Shown here: in pieces, positions 45,261-56,773 of the stretch
Position numbering within the stretch: position 1 is the stretch's first letter
Layout of the letters: each line of letters starts with the position of its first letter
Source of the DNA: Spirochaetia bacterium
GTDB lineage: Bacteria > Spirochaetota > Spirochaetia > SZUA-6 > Bin103
Assembly (NCBI GenBank): GCA_965199955.1
Contig: CBDATQ010000002.1
Location: 517,694 to 581,693 of the forward strand
DNA: 64,000 bases
Direction: 5' to 3'
Notes under the pieces: generated by a model
Databases searched by the model: none
Seen by the model: the letters and a program-made list of their open reading frames with translations, nothing else
Told to the model about the DNA's origin: nothing
Position numbers and translations under genes: made by a program

Positions 45261-46516
45261 AGCGCCCGGGCGGCGTCCAGCAGCCGGGCGCGGTCGTTCA
45301 CGGCCGGGTCGGCAAGGACCGCTCGCAGCAGGGCGCGCAGCAGCCGTCCGATGTTCGGGCCGGGGCGAAGGCCGAGCTCACGCTGCAGCACGGCGCCGTC
45401 GACGGCGAGCTCGCCGATCGTCAGCGCCTGCGCCGCGGCCGCCTGGCGGTGCACCCGCCGGGCCAGCGGAGCGTCGATCTTCGCGATCGCCCGGCGGACG
45501 GCGATCGCGTCCGCGGCAGCAGCGCGGCCGACGGCGGCCAGCAGGCGGCGGATGGCGGCGTTCGAGCTGTCCGCGGTGAGCGGGATCGAAAGACTGCCGA
45601 TCGCGGTGACCACCCGCCGGGTCACCGCGTGGGGAAAGCGCAGGCGGGTCAGAGCCGCCTGCGCGCGGGCAGTGGCGGCCGGTACGTCGGCGGCGTCCTC
45701 GGGCGCCAGCAGCATCGCCAGCCGCTGCGGCACGTCGGTCGGCGCCGCATCGATGCGGGCGTAGCGGGCTCTCCGGCCGGCGGGGCTGGCCGCCGTGGCG
45801 CTTGCCGCCGGAAGACACAGCTCCATGAGTCCGGACCGTTCGAGCAGGCCCAGGCCCACGGACGGGGTCGGCGCAAGCAGCAGGCGGCGCAGCTCTTCGC
45901 AGACCCGCTCGACCGCAACCCTGCGAGCGGTCGGCAGCGCGTCGCGCATCGCCCGCACCGTCTGCCCGTCGACGGTCAGGTTCAACTCCGCGGCCAGCCG
46001 GCACCCGCGGAACGGACGCAGTCCGTCCTCCGCAAAGCGTTCGCGGGCGCTGCCGACGGTACGGAGGCGCCGCGCTGCCAGGTCGTCGCGCCCGCCATGC
46101 GGATCGTGCAGGACGCCGGTAGCGAGGTCGACGGCGATCGCGTTGATGGTGAAGTCGCGCCGCGCCAGATCTTCCTCGATCGTGCCGGCGAAGCGGACCG
46201 CATCGGGCCGCCGCCCGTCGGAGTAGCCGGACTCCGTGCGGAAGGTCGTGACCTCGAACCGGCGGCCGAGCAGGACCGTCACCGTGCCGTGGCGGATGCC
46301 CGTGGGGATGGTCCGGGGATAGAGGCCCTGCACGCGGCCGGGCGTCGCGTCGGTGGCGATGTCCCAGTCATGGGTCGGCCGGTCCTGCAGCAGGTTTCGG
46401 ACCGCGCCGCCGACCAGGTAGGCGGCGTGCCCGGCGTCGATCAGGACGCGGGCGAAGCGCTCCACCGCAGCGGGCAGCGAAATCCCGGGCGCCTCCCGTC
46501 GGTCTTCCGAACTCAT
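45188..46516 (-). CDS. CCA tRNA nucleotidyltransferase / poly(A) polymerase family protein
   Basis: ...AYLVGGAVRNLLQDRPTHDWDIATDATP...FRTESGYSDGRRP... Pol-beta-like head motif. C-terminal tail overlaps the rnc 3' end by ~70 nt. Confidence 0.75.
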   Translation of the reverse strand: MSSEDRREAPGISLPAAVERFARVLIDAGHAAYLVGGAVRNLLQDRPTHDWDIATDATPGRVQGLYPRTIPTGIRHGTVTVLLGRRFEVTTFRTESGYSDGRRPDAVRFAGTIEEDLARRDFTINAIAVDLATGVLHDPHGGRDDLAARRLRTVGSARERFAEDGLRPFRGCRLAAELNLTVDGQTVRAMRDALPTARRVAVERVCEELRRLLLAPTPSVGLGLLERSGLMELCLPAASATAASPAGRRARYARIDAAPTDVPQRLAMLLAPEDAADVPAATARAQAALTRLRFPHAVTRRVVTAIGSLSIPLTADSSNAAIRRLLAAVGRAAAADAIAVRRAIAKIDAPLARRVHRQAAAAQALTIGELAVDGAVLQRELGLRPGPNIGRLLRALLRAVLADPAVNDRARLLDAARALQDEAADPPAPDSSEEASAATSCA

Positions 46517-46623
46517 CCCCAGGCCGCGTGCAGGGTACCGGAAAGCGGCGGTGAGCGGAGCGCCGATGCTCCGGCCGGGCGTGGCGCCCGGTGCGCCGGT
46601 GGCGGTACGCTCGGGACGCTGGC

Positions 46624-47265
46624 ATGTCGCTGACGGGTCTGCTTCTCACCGGCGGGTACGGCCCCGCGCGCGTCGACCTGGAGCCCTTTCTGACGACGGT
46701 GGGGCCGATAGTCGCCGCCGACTCCGGTTACGATCTGGCGCTGTCGCTGGGAGTGGAGCCGGACCTGATCGTCGGCGACATGGACTCGGTGCGCGCGGAA
46801 CGGCTCCCCACCGGTCGCGTGCGCCGCTTCCCGCGGGACAAGGATAATACCGACACGGAGCTCGGGCTGCATGCGCTGCAGGAGCTCGGCTGCGACCGGG
46901 TGGTGATCGCCGGCGGCGGCGGCGGCCGACTGGATCACCTGTTGTTCATCGCCGGGCTGTTCGAGCGGGAGACGCTGCCTATCTGCTGGATCACCTCCCA
47001 TGAACACGTGGAGGCGATTCGCGGCACGGCCGCCTACTTCGGCTGGGTGGGCCAGACCGTGTCGTTCCTGCCGCTGTCGGGGGGCGCGGCGATCGAACGC
47101 TCGGCAGGTCTTCGCTGGCCGCTGGACGGGCTGCGGTGGCGTCCGGGTGAGGGCGGAGTCAGCAACGTCATCACCGCGTCGCCCATGCGCGTGACGATGG
47201 CGGAGGGAGCGTTGCTGATGATCCGGTCGTTCGCCGTGCACGAGATCGGCCTGCGGCCCGGGTAG
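46624..47265 (+). CDS. thiamine pyrophosphokinase
   Basis: ...DLIVGDMDSV...DKDNTDTELGL...VIAGGGGGRLDH... TPK catalytic and thiamine-binding blocks. Confidence 0.7.
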   Translation: MSLTGLLLTGGYGPARVDLEPFLTTVGPIVAADSGYDLALSLGVEPDLIVGDMDSVRAERLPTGRVRRFPRDKDNTDTELGLHALQELGCDRVVIAGGGGGRLDHLLFIAGLFERETLPICWITSHEHVEAIRGTAAYFGWVGQTVSFLPLSGGAAIERSAGLRWPLDGLRWRPGEGGVSNVITASPMRVTMAEGALLMIRSFAVHEIGLRPG

Positions 47266-47297
47266 GTTCCCGGTCCCGCGGCGGCGGCGGCCCCCGG

Positions 47298-48197
47298 CTA
47301 CGGTCCGGCCGGCTCTGCCATTCCCAGCACCTGCCCGAGCAGGTCGGCCGATGAGCGGCTCAACAGGTCCACCAGCTCCGGAAACTCGGCCAGCGTGCTG
47401 CCCAGCATGGCCAGCAGCTCGGCGTGCTGGGCAGCCTGCTCGCGCATGAATGCCAGATCGGCGACCACCGCCAGGCGCGCCCGTTGCTGCGTATCGACGC
47501 GCTCGTCGAACGCCGTCTTCGCGTGCCGGTACAGGTCCGGGTCCGGAACCGAGTGCGGGACCAGCTCGACGTCGATGATCTCCAGCTCGGGAAAGCGCGC
47601 GGCAAGCCGGCGCCGCACGCCTTCCTCCAGGCTTCCGGGGTTCGTCACCGCCGCGACTGCCTCGCCCGCCAGCAGCGCTTCGGTCGCAGCGGCGGCGGCG
47701 GCGGCGGCGGCCTGCTCGTACCAGGCCGGCAGGGTGTCGGGGCGCAACTCGGCCGTCGCCGCCAGCGGCGCCAGGTGCTCCGCGCGAAGCTGCAGCCGGA
47801 CGGTGACGCCGAGGTCATAGGAGAGCGCCGCCGGGTCGATGCCGATCTCCGCTGCGTACACTTCCGCCGATGGCAGGAGCGCAGCCACGCGGCGCTGCAC
47901 CTCCCGCGGAGTCAGGTCGAACCGGTGCAGGGTCATGTTGGTCGGAATCAACCGCTCCCACCGCCAAGTGATGCCGCCCGGTGCGATGGCCTCCTCGTCC
48001 CAACCTCCCGACTTCGTGAACGCGACGCCGTAGGTGCCAGGCAGCAGCGACAGCTCCACCCATCCGACGAAGAACGCGGCGACCGCCAGCGCGAGGATCG
48101 TCAGCAGGGTGATGGCGATCTTCACGCCAGACAGTATATCGTGGCCCTTGTACCGCGCGAGACGGTGATCGGCCGTGCGCCGACCATGTCCGTGCAT
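47298..48197 (-). CDS. hypothetical membrane-anchored protein
   Basis: Single N-terminal TM helix (IAITLLTILALAVAAFFVGW) then an Ala-rich soluble domain. No family recognised. Confidence 0.35.
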   Translation of the reverse strand: MHGHGRRTADHRLARYKGHDILSGVKIAITLLTILALAVAAFFVGWVELSLLPGTYGVAFTKSGGWDEEAIAPGGITWRWERLIPTNMTLHRFDLTPREVQRRVAALLPSAEVYAAEIGIDPAALSYDLGVTVRLQLRAEHLAPLAATAELRPDTLPAWYEQAAAAAAAAATEALLAGEAVAAVTNPGSLEEGVRRRLAARFPELEIIDVELVPHSVPDPDLYRHAKTAFDERVDTQQRARLAVVADLAFMREQAAQHAELLAMLGSTLAEFPELVDLLSRSSADLLGQVLGMAEPAGP

Positions 48198-48220
48198 GCG
48201 TGGCCCGAGGTTCTGGAGAG

Positions 48221-48586
48221 ATGATGGTAGCGGTGAGGGGCGCAATCCAGGTGAGCGCCAACGACGCCGAAGCGATTCGGTCGGCCGGCCTGCGGCTCCT
48301 TCGGTCCGTGCTCGACGGTAACGGGGTGGCGACCGAGGACATCGTCAGCATCATCTTCTCGCTGACACCCGATCTGACGCGTGCGAATCCGGCGACCGCG
48401 ACGCGCGAAGGCGGATTCGCGGAGGTGCCGCTGTTCTGCGTGCAGGAGGCCGTCGTGGAGGGTCAGCCGGGCCGCATCATCCGGCTGCTGATGACCTATC
48501 GCGGCGACAGAGACCGCAAGCCTGTGCCGGTGTTCCTGGATGGCGCGCAGGTGCTCCGCCCGGACCTGTCGCCGGGGCGCCCGTGA
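48221..48586 (+). CDS. chorismate mutase, AroH class (monofunctional)
   Basis: MMVAVRGAIQV...SIIFSLTPDLT...PLFCVQEAVVEG...IRLLMTY matches the trimeric AroH-type CM pattern. Confidence 0.7.
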   Translation: MMVAVRGAIQVSANDAEAIRSAGLRLLRSVLDGNGVATEDIVSIIFSLTPDLTRANPATATREGGFAEVPLFCVQEAVVEGQPGRIIRLLMTYRGDRDRKPVPVFLDGAQVLRPDLSPGRP

Positions 48587-48630
48587 CCCACGCCTCGGAC
48601 TCCGTTCTTGGCCCATCCCACGCTTCGCTC

Positions 48631-48662
48631 CATAGTGGGTACACCGCATAGTGGGTACACCG
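48631..48662. repeat. perfect 16-bp tandem duplication (catagtgggtacaccg x2) just upstream of tRNA-Thr
   Basis: Read directly at 48631-48646 and 48647-48662. Lower-GC segment. Each copy contains a CATAGT -10-like hexamer. Confidence 0.6.
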
Positions 48663-48683
48663 CGTTTGGGGGAGACGGGCAGC

Positions 48684-48756
48684 GCCACCTTAGCTCAATC
48701 GGTAGAGCACGAGATTTGTAATCTCGAGGTCGTCGGTTCGATCCCGACAGGTGGCT
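48684..48756 (+). tRNA. tRNA-Thr (anticodon TGT)
   Basis: Cloverleaf folded by hand. Acceptor gccacct/aggtggc, D-arm tagctcaatcggtagagc, anticodon stem-loop cgaga-tttgtaa-tctcg, T-arm gtcgg-ttcgatc-ccgac. CCA not encoded. Confidence 0.9.
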
Positions 48757-48830
48757 GACCGGGCGCCGGGCGAGCGCCGTGGCTATTGACAGCGGAGGCG
48801 GGCTGAGCGAACATGCGGCGCTCCGACAGC

Positions 48831-48912
48831 GGGGAGGTTCCCGAGTGGCCAAAGGGGGCAGACTGTAAATCTGTTGGCATTGCCTTCGAAGGTTCGAATC
48901 CTTCTCTCCCCA
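48831..48912 (+). tRNA. tRNA-Tyr (anticodon GTA), class II with long variable arm
   Basis: Near-identical architecture to E. coli tRNA-Tyr (GGGGAGGTTCCCGAGTGGCCAAAGGGGGCAGACTGTAAATCTG...GAAGGTTCGAATCCTTCTCTCCCCA). CCA not encoded. Confidence 0.9.
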
Positions 48913-48918
48913 TCTCCC

Positions 48919-49392
48919 GTGGCTGAGCCGTTCTACCGGACGTCCGCCGACGTCGGACTGCGCTTCGACTGCACCCGGTGCCAGCGCTGCTGCCGGCTCG
49001 AGCCGGGGTACGTCTTCCTCTCGGAGCGTGACCTGCAGGCGCTGGCTCGGGCGAAGGCCCTGAACGTTGCCGAGTTCACCGCCCGCTACTGCCGCACCGT
49101 GGACATCGGCGGATTCGAGCGGCTGAGCCTGACCGAGAAGGCCAATTTCGACTGCAGCCTCTGGCAAGATGGCGCCTGCACGGTGTACGAATCGCGACCT
49201 CTGCAGTGCCGGAGCTTCCCGTTCTGGGATGCAAACCTGGCATCCCCGGATGCGTGGTCGGAGGCTGCCGCATCGTGTCCCGGTATCGGCCAGGGTCCGG
49301 TACGGCATGCGGTCGAGATCGACTACTGGCTCTCGCGCCGTCACGAGGAACCGCTGATCCGCCCCGAGGTTGCGGCACCACGGGGGCCGTAA
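48919..49392 (+). CDS. YkgJ family (UPF0153) CxxCxxCC zinc/iron-sulfur domain protein
   Basis: ...FDCTRCQRCCRLEPGYVFL...CSLWQDGACTVYESRPLQCRSFPFW... GTG start chosen because the long ORF's ATG lies inside tRNA-Tyr. Confidence 0.6.
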   Translation: MAEPFYRTSADVGLRFDCTRCQRCCRLEPGYVFLSERDLQALARAKALNVAEFTARYCRTVDIGGFERLSLTEKANFDCSLWQDGACTVYESRPLQCRSFPFWDANLASPDAWSEAAASCPGIGQGPVRHAVEIDYWLSRRHEEPLIRPEVAAPRGP

Positions 49393-49561
49393 CCTCGGCC
49401 CAGCCCCTCCTTTGGCATGGACCGCGTCGGGTCCCGATGCGCTCCATGCCGGGAACGGGTAGTCCCGGCGCCTGCGGCGCCGTCATGGCTCTGACGGCCC
49501 ATCTTTCGCTTCTGCCGGTGAAGGGTATACATTCGCTCCTGCTGGGAGTGTTGGGTATCGC

Positions 49562-50587
49562 GTGAAGTGCATCGCGATCGGGCTGGGCCTCGCGTGTGGG
49601 GTGCTCGTCGCCGGTGCGGCGCTGGCCGCATCGTATCTGAGCGGGCCTCCCGAGGAGCCGGGAACGGGGTCTGCGGTCACCTTCACCGTGCACCCCGGCG
49701 AGCCGTTCGGTGACGTGGCCGCCCGGCTGGAGGAGCAGGGGCTGGTGCGTTCCGAGCTGGCGCTGCGGATTCTGGCGTACCTGCAGGGCGCCGACAGCCG
49801 GATACGCGCCGGCCACTACTCGCTGTTCCCGTCGTTGCGCGCCCGCGAGATCCTGGCGTTGCTGCTGGAGGGCCGTCAGGAGGAGGTCACCGTCACCGTT
49901 CCGGAGGGATGGACCGTGCGCCGCATCGCCGAACGGCTCGACGAACGGAGCGTGACCACCGCGTCCGCCTTCGCGGCTGCGGTTGCCGACCCGGCGCTGA
50001 TCGCGGAGTTCGGCATCCGCGCTGAAAGCATGGAGGGGTACCTGTTTCCGGACACCTACCGCTTTCCGCGCGACTACCCGGCCGACCGCGTGGTGCGCAG
50101 CATGGTCGGCAACTTCTTCCGTCGGCTCGCCGAGGTGCGGCCGGACTTCGAGAGCATCGACCCCGCCGAGCTGCACGACACGATCATCCTGGCGTCGATC
50201 GTGGAACGCGAGTACCAGCGTCCCGAGGAAGCGGGGCTGATCGCTTCCGTGTTCGTCAACCGCCTGGCCGCCAACGCACGGCTGCAGTCGTGCGCCACCG
50301 TCGCCTACGTGCTCACCGAGTTGGAGGGCCGGGAGCATCCCCGCGTGATCACGCACGAGGAGCTGGAGGTCGACTCCCCCTTCAACACCTACAAGCGGCG
50401 CCGGCTCCCGCCGGGGCCGATCTCGAATCCGGGGACGGTGGCCCTGCAGGCGGCGTTCTTCCCGACGGAGAGCGACTACTGGTACTTCGTGCTCAAGGAT
50501 CCGGACACCGGCGAGCACCACTTCTCCCGCGAGCTCGACGAGCACAACGACGCCAAGCACTTCTATCTGAAAGGCGTGGCTGGCTGA
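49562..50587 (+). CDS. mltG: endolytic murein transglycosylase MltG (YceG family)
   Basis: N-terminal TM anchor. YceG-like blocks ...IRAGHYSL..., ...EGYLFPDTYRF..., ...LASIVEREY... Confidence 0.85.
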   Translation: MKCIAIGLGLACGVLVAGAALAASYLSGPPEEPGTGSAVTFTVHPGEPFGDVAARLEEQGLVRSELALRILAYLQGADSRIRAGHYSLFPSLRAREILALLLEGRQEEVTVTVPEGWTVRRIAERLDERSVTTASAFAAAVADPALIAEFGIRAESMEGYLFPDTYRFPRDYPADRVVRSMVGNFFRRLAEVRPDFESIDPAELHDTIILASIVEREYQRPEEAGLIASVFVNRLAANARLQSCATVAYVLTELEGREHPRVITHEELEVDSPFNTYKRRRLPPGPISNPGTVALQAAFFPTESDYWYFVLKDPDTGEHHFSRELDEHNDAKHFYLKGVAG

Positions 50588-50621
50588 GGGGCACCCGCGT
50601 TGCAGCGACGCCCATGAGCCC

Positions 50622-52398
50622 GTGATTCCCTCCCACCAGATCGCGGAGCTGAACGATCGACTGAGGATCGACGCCGTCGCCGGCGACTACGTACGCCTGC
50701 AGCGCCGCGGCCGACGGTTCGTCGGGCTGTGTCCCTTTCATACCGAGAAAACCCCCTCCTTCACCGTCACCCCGGAGCGGAACCTGTTCTACTGCTTCGG
50801 CTGCCAGAAGGGCGGTTCGATGCTCGGCCTGGTCATGGAGTTGGAGAAGCTCAGTTTCCCGGAGGCATTCCGGCTGCTTGCCGAGCGTGCCGGCATGCAG
50901 ATGGAGGAGACCGCGGGCTCGGAGGGCAGCGAGCGGCAGAGCTACCTGGAGCTCTACCGGCGCCTGGCCGACAGTTTCCGCCACATCCTGACCCACACCG
51001 CCGCAGCCGAGCCGGCCCGCGAGCACCTGGCCAACCGCGGATTCTCGTCCGAGTCGCTCGAACGCTACCGCGTGGGCTATGCGCCGCGCGACCGCTACTG
51101 GCTGCTTCGCTTCCTGCGCTCCCACCACTACGGCGACGACTTCCTGGCCCGTTCCGGGCTGTTCACGAGCACTGCCGGGGAGATGCTGGCGCTGTTCCGC
51201 GACCGCATCGTGTTCCCGATCTCCACGCCGCGGGGCGAGGTGGTCGCCTTCGGCGGCCGCGCCATGGGGGACGGACCGAAGTACCTCAACACGCCGGAGA
51301 CCGCCTACTACCACAAGGGCGAGGTGCTCTACGGCGTGGCAGAGGCGCGGGAACGCATCAAGCACGCTGGCGCCGTGCACGTGGCGGAGGGCTACCTGGA
51401 CGTGATCGCCCTCGATGCGGCCGGGAGCGCGGCCGTGGCGCCGCTCGGCACCGCCCTGAGCGGAACTCACGCTCGGCTGCTGGCGCGGTACACCACGGAC
51501 GTGCGCCTGGTGATGGATTCGGATGCGGCCGGAGCGAACGCCACCCGGCGCGCCATCGCCACGCTGGAGGACGCGGAGCTCTCCACGTCCGTGGTTCCGC
51601 TCCAGGCCGGTCTGGACCCTGCCGATTATATCCAGCAGAATGCAGGCGACCGGTTGCAAACCGCCCTCGCATCCCCTATATTGCCGTTCCAGTATCTTCT
51701 TAAACTGGCTACATCTGCGCTTGATCTAAGACAGGCAGACGCGAAGGAACAGGTATTCCGGGAGGTGCTCCCTTATCTCACCCATGTGCGCTCGGAGTTG
51801 AAGCGGGAGGCGTTGCTGCACGACGTGGCGGACCTGCTGGAGGTCGGCAGCGACAGCATCGTGCGCGATTACCGCCGGCTTGCGTCGTCGGGAACGAGCT
51901 GGCACGACTTCCCGGCGGCGCGGACGGGCACACCGAGTGGCGGACGTGGCGTCGTCGGGCGCTCGCTGGAGATGACCTACATGCTGGCGGCCGCCGCCAA
52001 CCGGGACCGGTTCGACCGCGTGCAGCGGCGGCTGCGGTCCGACGACCTGCAGGATCCGATGGCGCACGAGCTGTTCGTCGCGCTTGCCGAGTGCGCCCGG
52101 CAGGGCGACGAGTCGCCGGACGGCCTGCTCGGCAGGCTGAAGACCGAGGAGCTGCGCTCGCTGGTCATACGCAATCTCTCGGAGGAGGAGTTCACGGTCA
52201 ACGCGGATGAAGTGCTGGACGACGGGGCGCGCACGTTGAAGGCTCGCGCACTGGAAGACCGGCGCCGTGACATCGAGGCGCGCATGCGCCGCGCCGAGCG
52301 CGGCGGTGACGAAACCCCCGGTGCGGCGGTCCGGGAGCTGCTCGAGGAGAAGATCTACCTCGATTCGGAGCTGGAGAAACTGAAGAAGGTGAGGGTGG

Positions 52399-52418
<20 letters not shown>
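50622..52418 (+). CDS. dnaG: DNA primase
   Basis: Zinc ribbon [13 protein letters not shown]...[15 protein letters not shown] ...[13 protein letters not shown]...MDSDAAG... Confidence 0.9.
51654..51682 (+). promoter_or_regulatory. strong sigma70-like promoter motif inside dnaG coding sequence (possible internal rpoD promoter)
   Basis: TTGCAA (51654-51659), 17 nt, TATATT (51677-51682). Embedded in a conspicuous ~60-nt AT-rich patch within an otherwise 70%-GC gene. Confidence 0.3.
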
Positions 52419-54138
<1,720 letters not shown>

Positions 54139-54217
54139 GGCGACAGGCGCTAATGACGGAGGCGAACATGACGGAGGCAGTACATGACCGGAGAGGGCCA
54201 TATGACCGGAGGACGGT

Positions 54218-55177
54218 GTGAGTAGCGAAGCCGTACCCATCGAGCGGACGAACCACGGGACGTCGGCGGTTCAGGACGCTCTGGACAAGCTGCGGGCGCT
54301 GCAGGACGTGCTGCACAAGAAGCACGAGATCGAGGCGCAGATCGAGGAACTGCCCAGGTCGCTCGCCACCAAGACCGAGCTGCTCAACCGGCTCAAGCGG
54401 ACCTACCTGGAGCGCAACGAGGAGCAGGAATCGACCAAGAAGCGGATCGGCGAGCTGCGCCTCGATGCGGTTGAATCGGAGCGCATCCGCGAGGAGTACG
54501 AGCGCCAGATGGACCAGATCCGCACGCAGCGCGAGTACGAAGCGCTGGACAAGCAGATCCGCGATGCCTCCGAGCGCGAGATGGACTACCGCCGGGCGCT
54601 GCAGGAAGAGGAAGAGCGGCTCGACCAGGTGTCCGAGGAGCTGGCCCGCGAAGCGGAGCTGATCGAGCAGCAGGAGGGCGTCGTCCAGGAAGAGGACTCG
54701 CGCATGAAGGTCGAGCTGGCCGACCGCGAGCAGCGTCTGGCCGCGCTGCAGGCGGAAGAGTCGGGGATCGCCGCCGGTCTGGATGCGGAGTTGCTGTTCA
54801 AGTTCGAACGGATCGTCCGAATGACCGACGGGTACGGGATCGTCCCGTTGCAGGCACAGGTCTGTACCGGGTGTTACATGACCCTGCCCGCTCACTTCGT
54901 CAACCGCGTGCGCCGCGCCGAGGACGTGCTGTTCTGCACGCATGGGCGCATCGTCTTCTACGAGGATGCGCCGGCCGAGGACGAGTCGGAGGTGCAGATC
55001 GACGTGTTCGATGGCGAGCCCGGCTTCTTCGCGGATGCGGAGGGAGACGAGGAGCTCGAGGACGAGGAGGAGCTGTTCCTGGACCTCGACGTGACCGACG
55101 ACGACAACGATGAAGACGGCGATGGTCACGATGCCACCGAAGAAGCCGAGGACGCCCACGCGTCCGACGACGCCTGA
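54218..55177 (+). CDS. zinc-ribbon domain protein (COG1579-like coiled-coil + C4 ribbon) with poly-acidic tail
   Basis: Long coiled coil, then ...CTGCYMTLPAHFVNRVRRAEDVLFCTHGRIVFY... C4 zinc ribbon, then a D/E-rich tail (...EELEDEEELFLDLDVTDDDNDEDGDGHD...). Confidence 0.55.
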   Translation: MSSEAVPIERTNHGTSAVQDALDKLRALQDVLHKKHEIEAQIEELPRSLATKTELLNRLKRTYLERNEEQESTKKRIGELRLDAVESERIREEYERQMDQIRTQREYEALDKQIRDASEREMDYRRALQEEEERLDQVSEELAREAELIEQQEGVVQEEDSRMKVELADREQRLAALQAEESGIAAGLDAELLFKFERIVRMTDGYGIVPLQAQVCTGCYMTLPAHFVNRVRRAEDVLFCTHGRIVFYEDAPAEDESEVQIDVFDGEPGFFADAEGDEELEDEEELFLDLDVTDDDNDEDGDGHDATEEAEDAHASDDA

Positions 55178-55265
55178 ACCCCTGCCGCGGGTCGCGTTCC
55201 TGCGCCCGCCCGCTGGCCACGCCCTGCCCGCTGACCACTCCTGGTATGATCGGCTACCGTGAAGG

Positions 55266-55738
55266 CGAAAGGAGGCGGGCCGGCCATCGCCGCGTCCGGT
55301 TCGGGCGTGGAGGAAAGTCCGGGCTCCGAAGAGCAGGGTGCCGGGTAATCCCCGGGCGTCCGCGCCAACGCGCGGGCGACAGACAGTGCAGCAGAGAACA
55401 GACCGCCGGGCAACCGTGCCGCAAGGGACGGCGCGTCCGGCAAGGGTGAAACGGTGGGGTAAGAGCCCACCACTCCGGCGGCGACGCCGGAGGTATGGCA
55501 AACCTCGCCCGGAGCAAAGCCAAGCAGCGGGTCGGGTTGCTCGCCGCATGAGGGTGGTCCCTCCGGGGATGCCGTCCTCGGGCCCGCGGGTAGGCTGCTC
55601 GAGTGCCGCGCCGGCGCCATCCGACGCCGCCGCGTGCGCCAGATGAATGATGGCCCGCCCCGGTGGCGGCCGGGACGCGCAGGCGACCCGGTACGCGTCG
55701 GAGTGAACAGAACCCGGCTTACGGGCCCGCCTCCTCTT
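55266..55738 (+). ncRNA. rnpB: RNase P RNA (bacterial type A)
   Basis: Universal motifs read directly: GGAGGAAAGTCCGGGCTCC (P4 5' strand), AGGGTGAAACGGTGGGGTAAGAGCCCACCA, GGTAGGCTGCTCGAG, AGATGAATGA, ACAGAACCCGGCTTA. The P1 helix pairs ggaggcgggcc (55271-55281) with gggcccgcctcc (55723-55734). ~470 nt. Confidence 0.85.
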
Positions 55739-55822
55739 ACTTCCTCCGGGGCGCCGAGATGGGGATACCAGCCGGCCGGGAGCCGCCGGCGGCGGACAGC
55801 GGGACGGCGTCGCGCACTGTTC

Positions 55823-56740
55823 GTGGTGCTACTCGTCGTCGGCGTCGTGGTCGCCGGTGTCCTGCTGCGGGCCGATCGCGCGGTCGCGGCCTGGCTCCGG
55901 CGTGACCGGGACGTCAACATGCGCGTGCTCGTCGGCGATGGGCGCTACGCAGAGGCGGTGGAGGCCGCGGAGTTGACGCTGGTCAGACGGCCGCTCGACG
56001 CGGAGGCGAACCTGATCCGCGGCGTTGCGTCCCTCTACGCGGCGATAGCCGACCTTGGATCAGCCGACCCGGGATCGGCCGACCCGAGGTCGGGCGGCGA
56101 CGGCGCACGCGGCGTGTCCGCCGCGGATCGCCTTTCGACGGCGATCGTGGCGCTGCGCCGGGCGCTGCTGAATTCGCGGATCGCCGTGGCGGAACCGGCC
56201 GCGCAATACGCGCTCGGCAAGGCCTATTTTCACCGCGGCTATTTCTACTACCGTCTTGCGGTGCACTACCTGGAGGGCTCGCTGGCGCTCGGCTACGATG
56301 GGGCAGACACCTACGAGTACCTGGGGCTGGCGTATACGGAGCTCGGCGACCCGCGCGGTCTGGAGTATTTCCGTCATGCGCTGACGCGGCGGCCGTCCGA
56401 CCTGCTGCATCTGAAGATGGCCACCATGCTGATGGATGAAGGCGACGTGCAGGGAGCGCGGCGAAACCTCATCCAGGCGATCGACCTCACCGACGACATC
56501 GCGATCGCGCAGCGGGCGCGGTACGAGCTGGGGGCTGTCCACCGTGCGCTTGGCGAACTGCCGCTGGCCGAAGAGCAGTACCGGGCGATCATCGCCGGCG
56601 ACGCGCGGGCCGCCGATGCCCACTTCTATCTGGGCGAGATCTACTCCCAGCAGGGCGACGCCGACCGGGCGCTCGCGGAGTGGCGCGCCGCGCGGGCGCT
56701 GGATCCGAACCACCGCCGCGCGATCGAACGCCTGCGATAG
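55823..56740 (+). CDS. TPR repeat protein with N-terminal transmembrane anchor
   Basis: Start set at a GTG after the rnpB 3' end. TM segment VVLLVVGVVVAGVLL. TPR-like repeats (...AQYALGKAYFHRGYFYY..., ...YEYLGLAYTELGDP..., ...AHFYLGEIYSQQGDADRALAEW...). Contains a 15-bp tandem repeat encoding GSADPGSADP. Confidence 0.5.
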   Translation: MVLLVVGVVVAGVLLRADRAVAAWLRRDRDVNMRVLVGDGRYAEAVEAAELTLVRRPLDAEANLIRGVASLYAAIADLGSADPGSADPRSGGDGARGVSAADRLSTAIVALRRALLNSRIAVAEPAAQYALGKAYFHRGYFYYRLAVHYLEGSLALGYDGADTYEYLGLAYTELGDPRGLEYFRHALTRRPSDLLHLKMATMLMDEGDVQGARRNLIQAIDLTDDIAIAQRARYELGAVHRALGELPLAEEQYRAIIAGDARAADAHFYLGEIYSQQGDADRALAEWRAARALDPNHRRAIERLR

Positions 56741-56773
56741 CGCCCACCGCGAAGCGGAAGTACACTCTACCTG

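Noticed and set aside
48586-48920. Possibility of a third tRNA or tmRNA in the tRNA region
   Set aside because: The spacer between tRNA-Thr and tRNA-Tyr (48757-48830) and the flanks do not fold into a cloverleaf by hand. It contains only a TTGACA-like promoter motif.
55634-55822. N-terminal 60 codons of the 368-aa TPR ORF, and ORFs 55246..55449 and 55338..55646
   Set aside because: They lie inside the RNase P RNA gene. The TPR gene was restarted at a GTG downstream of the RNA.
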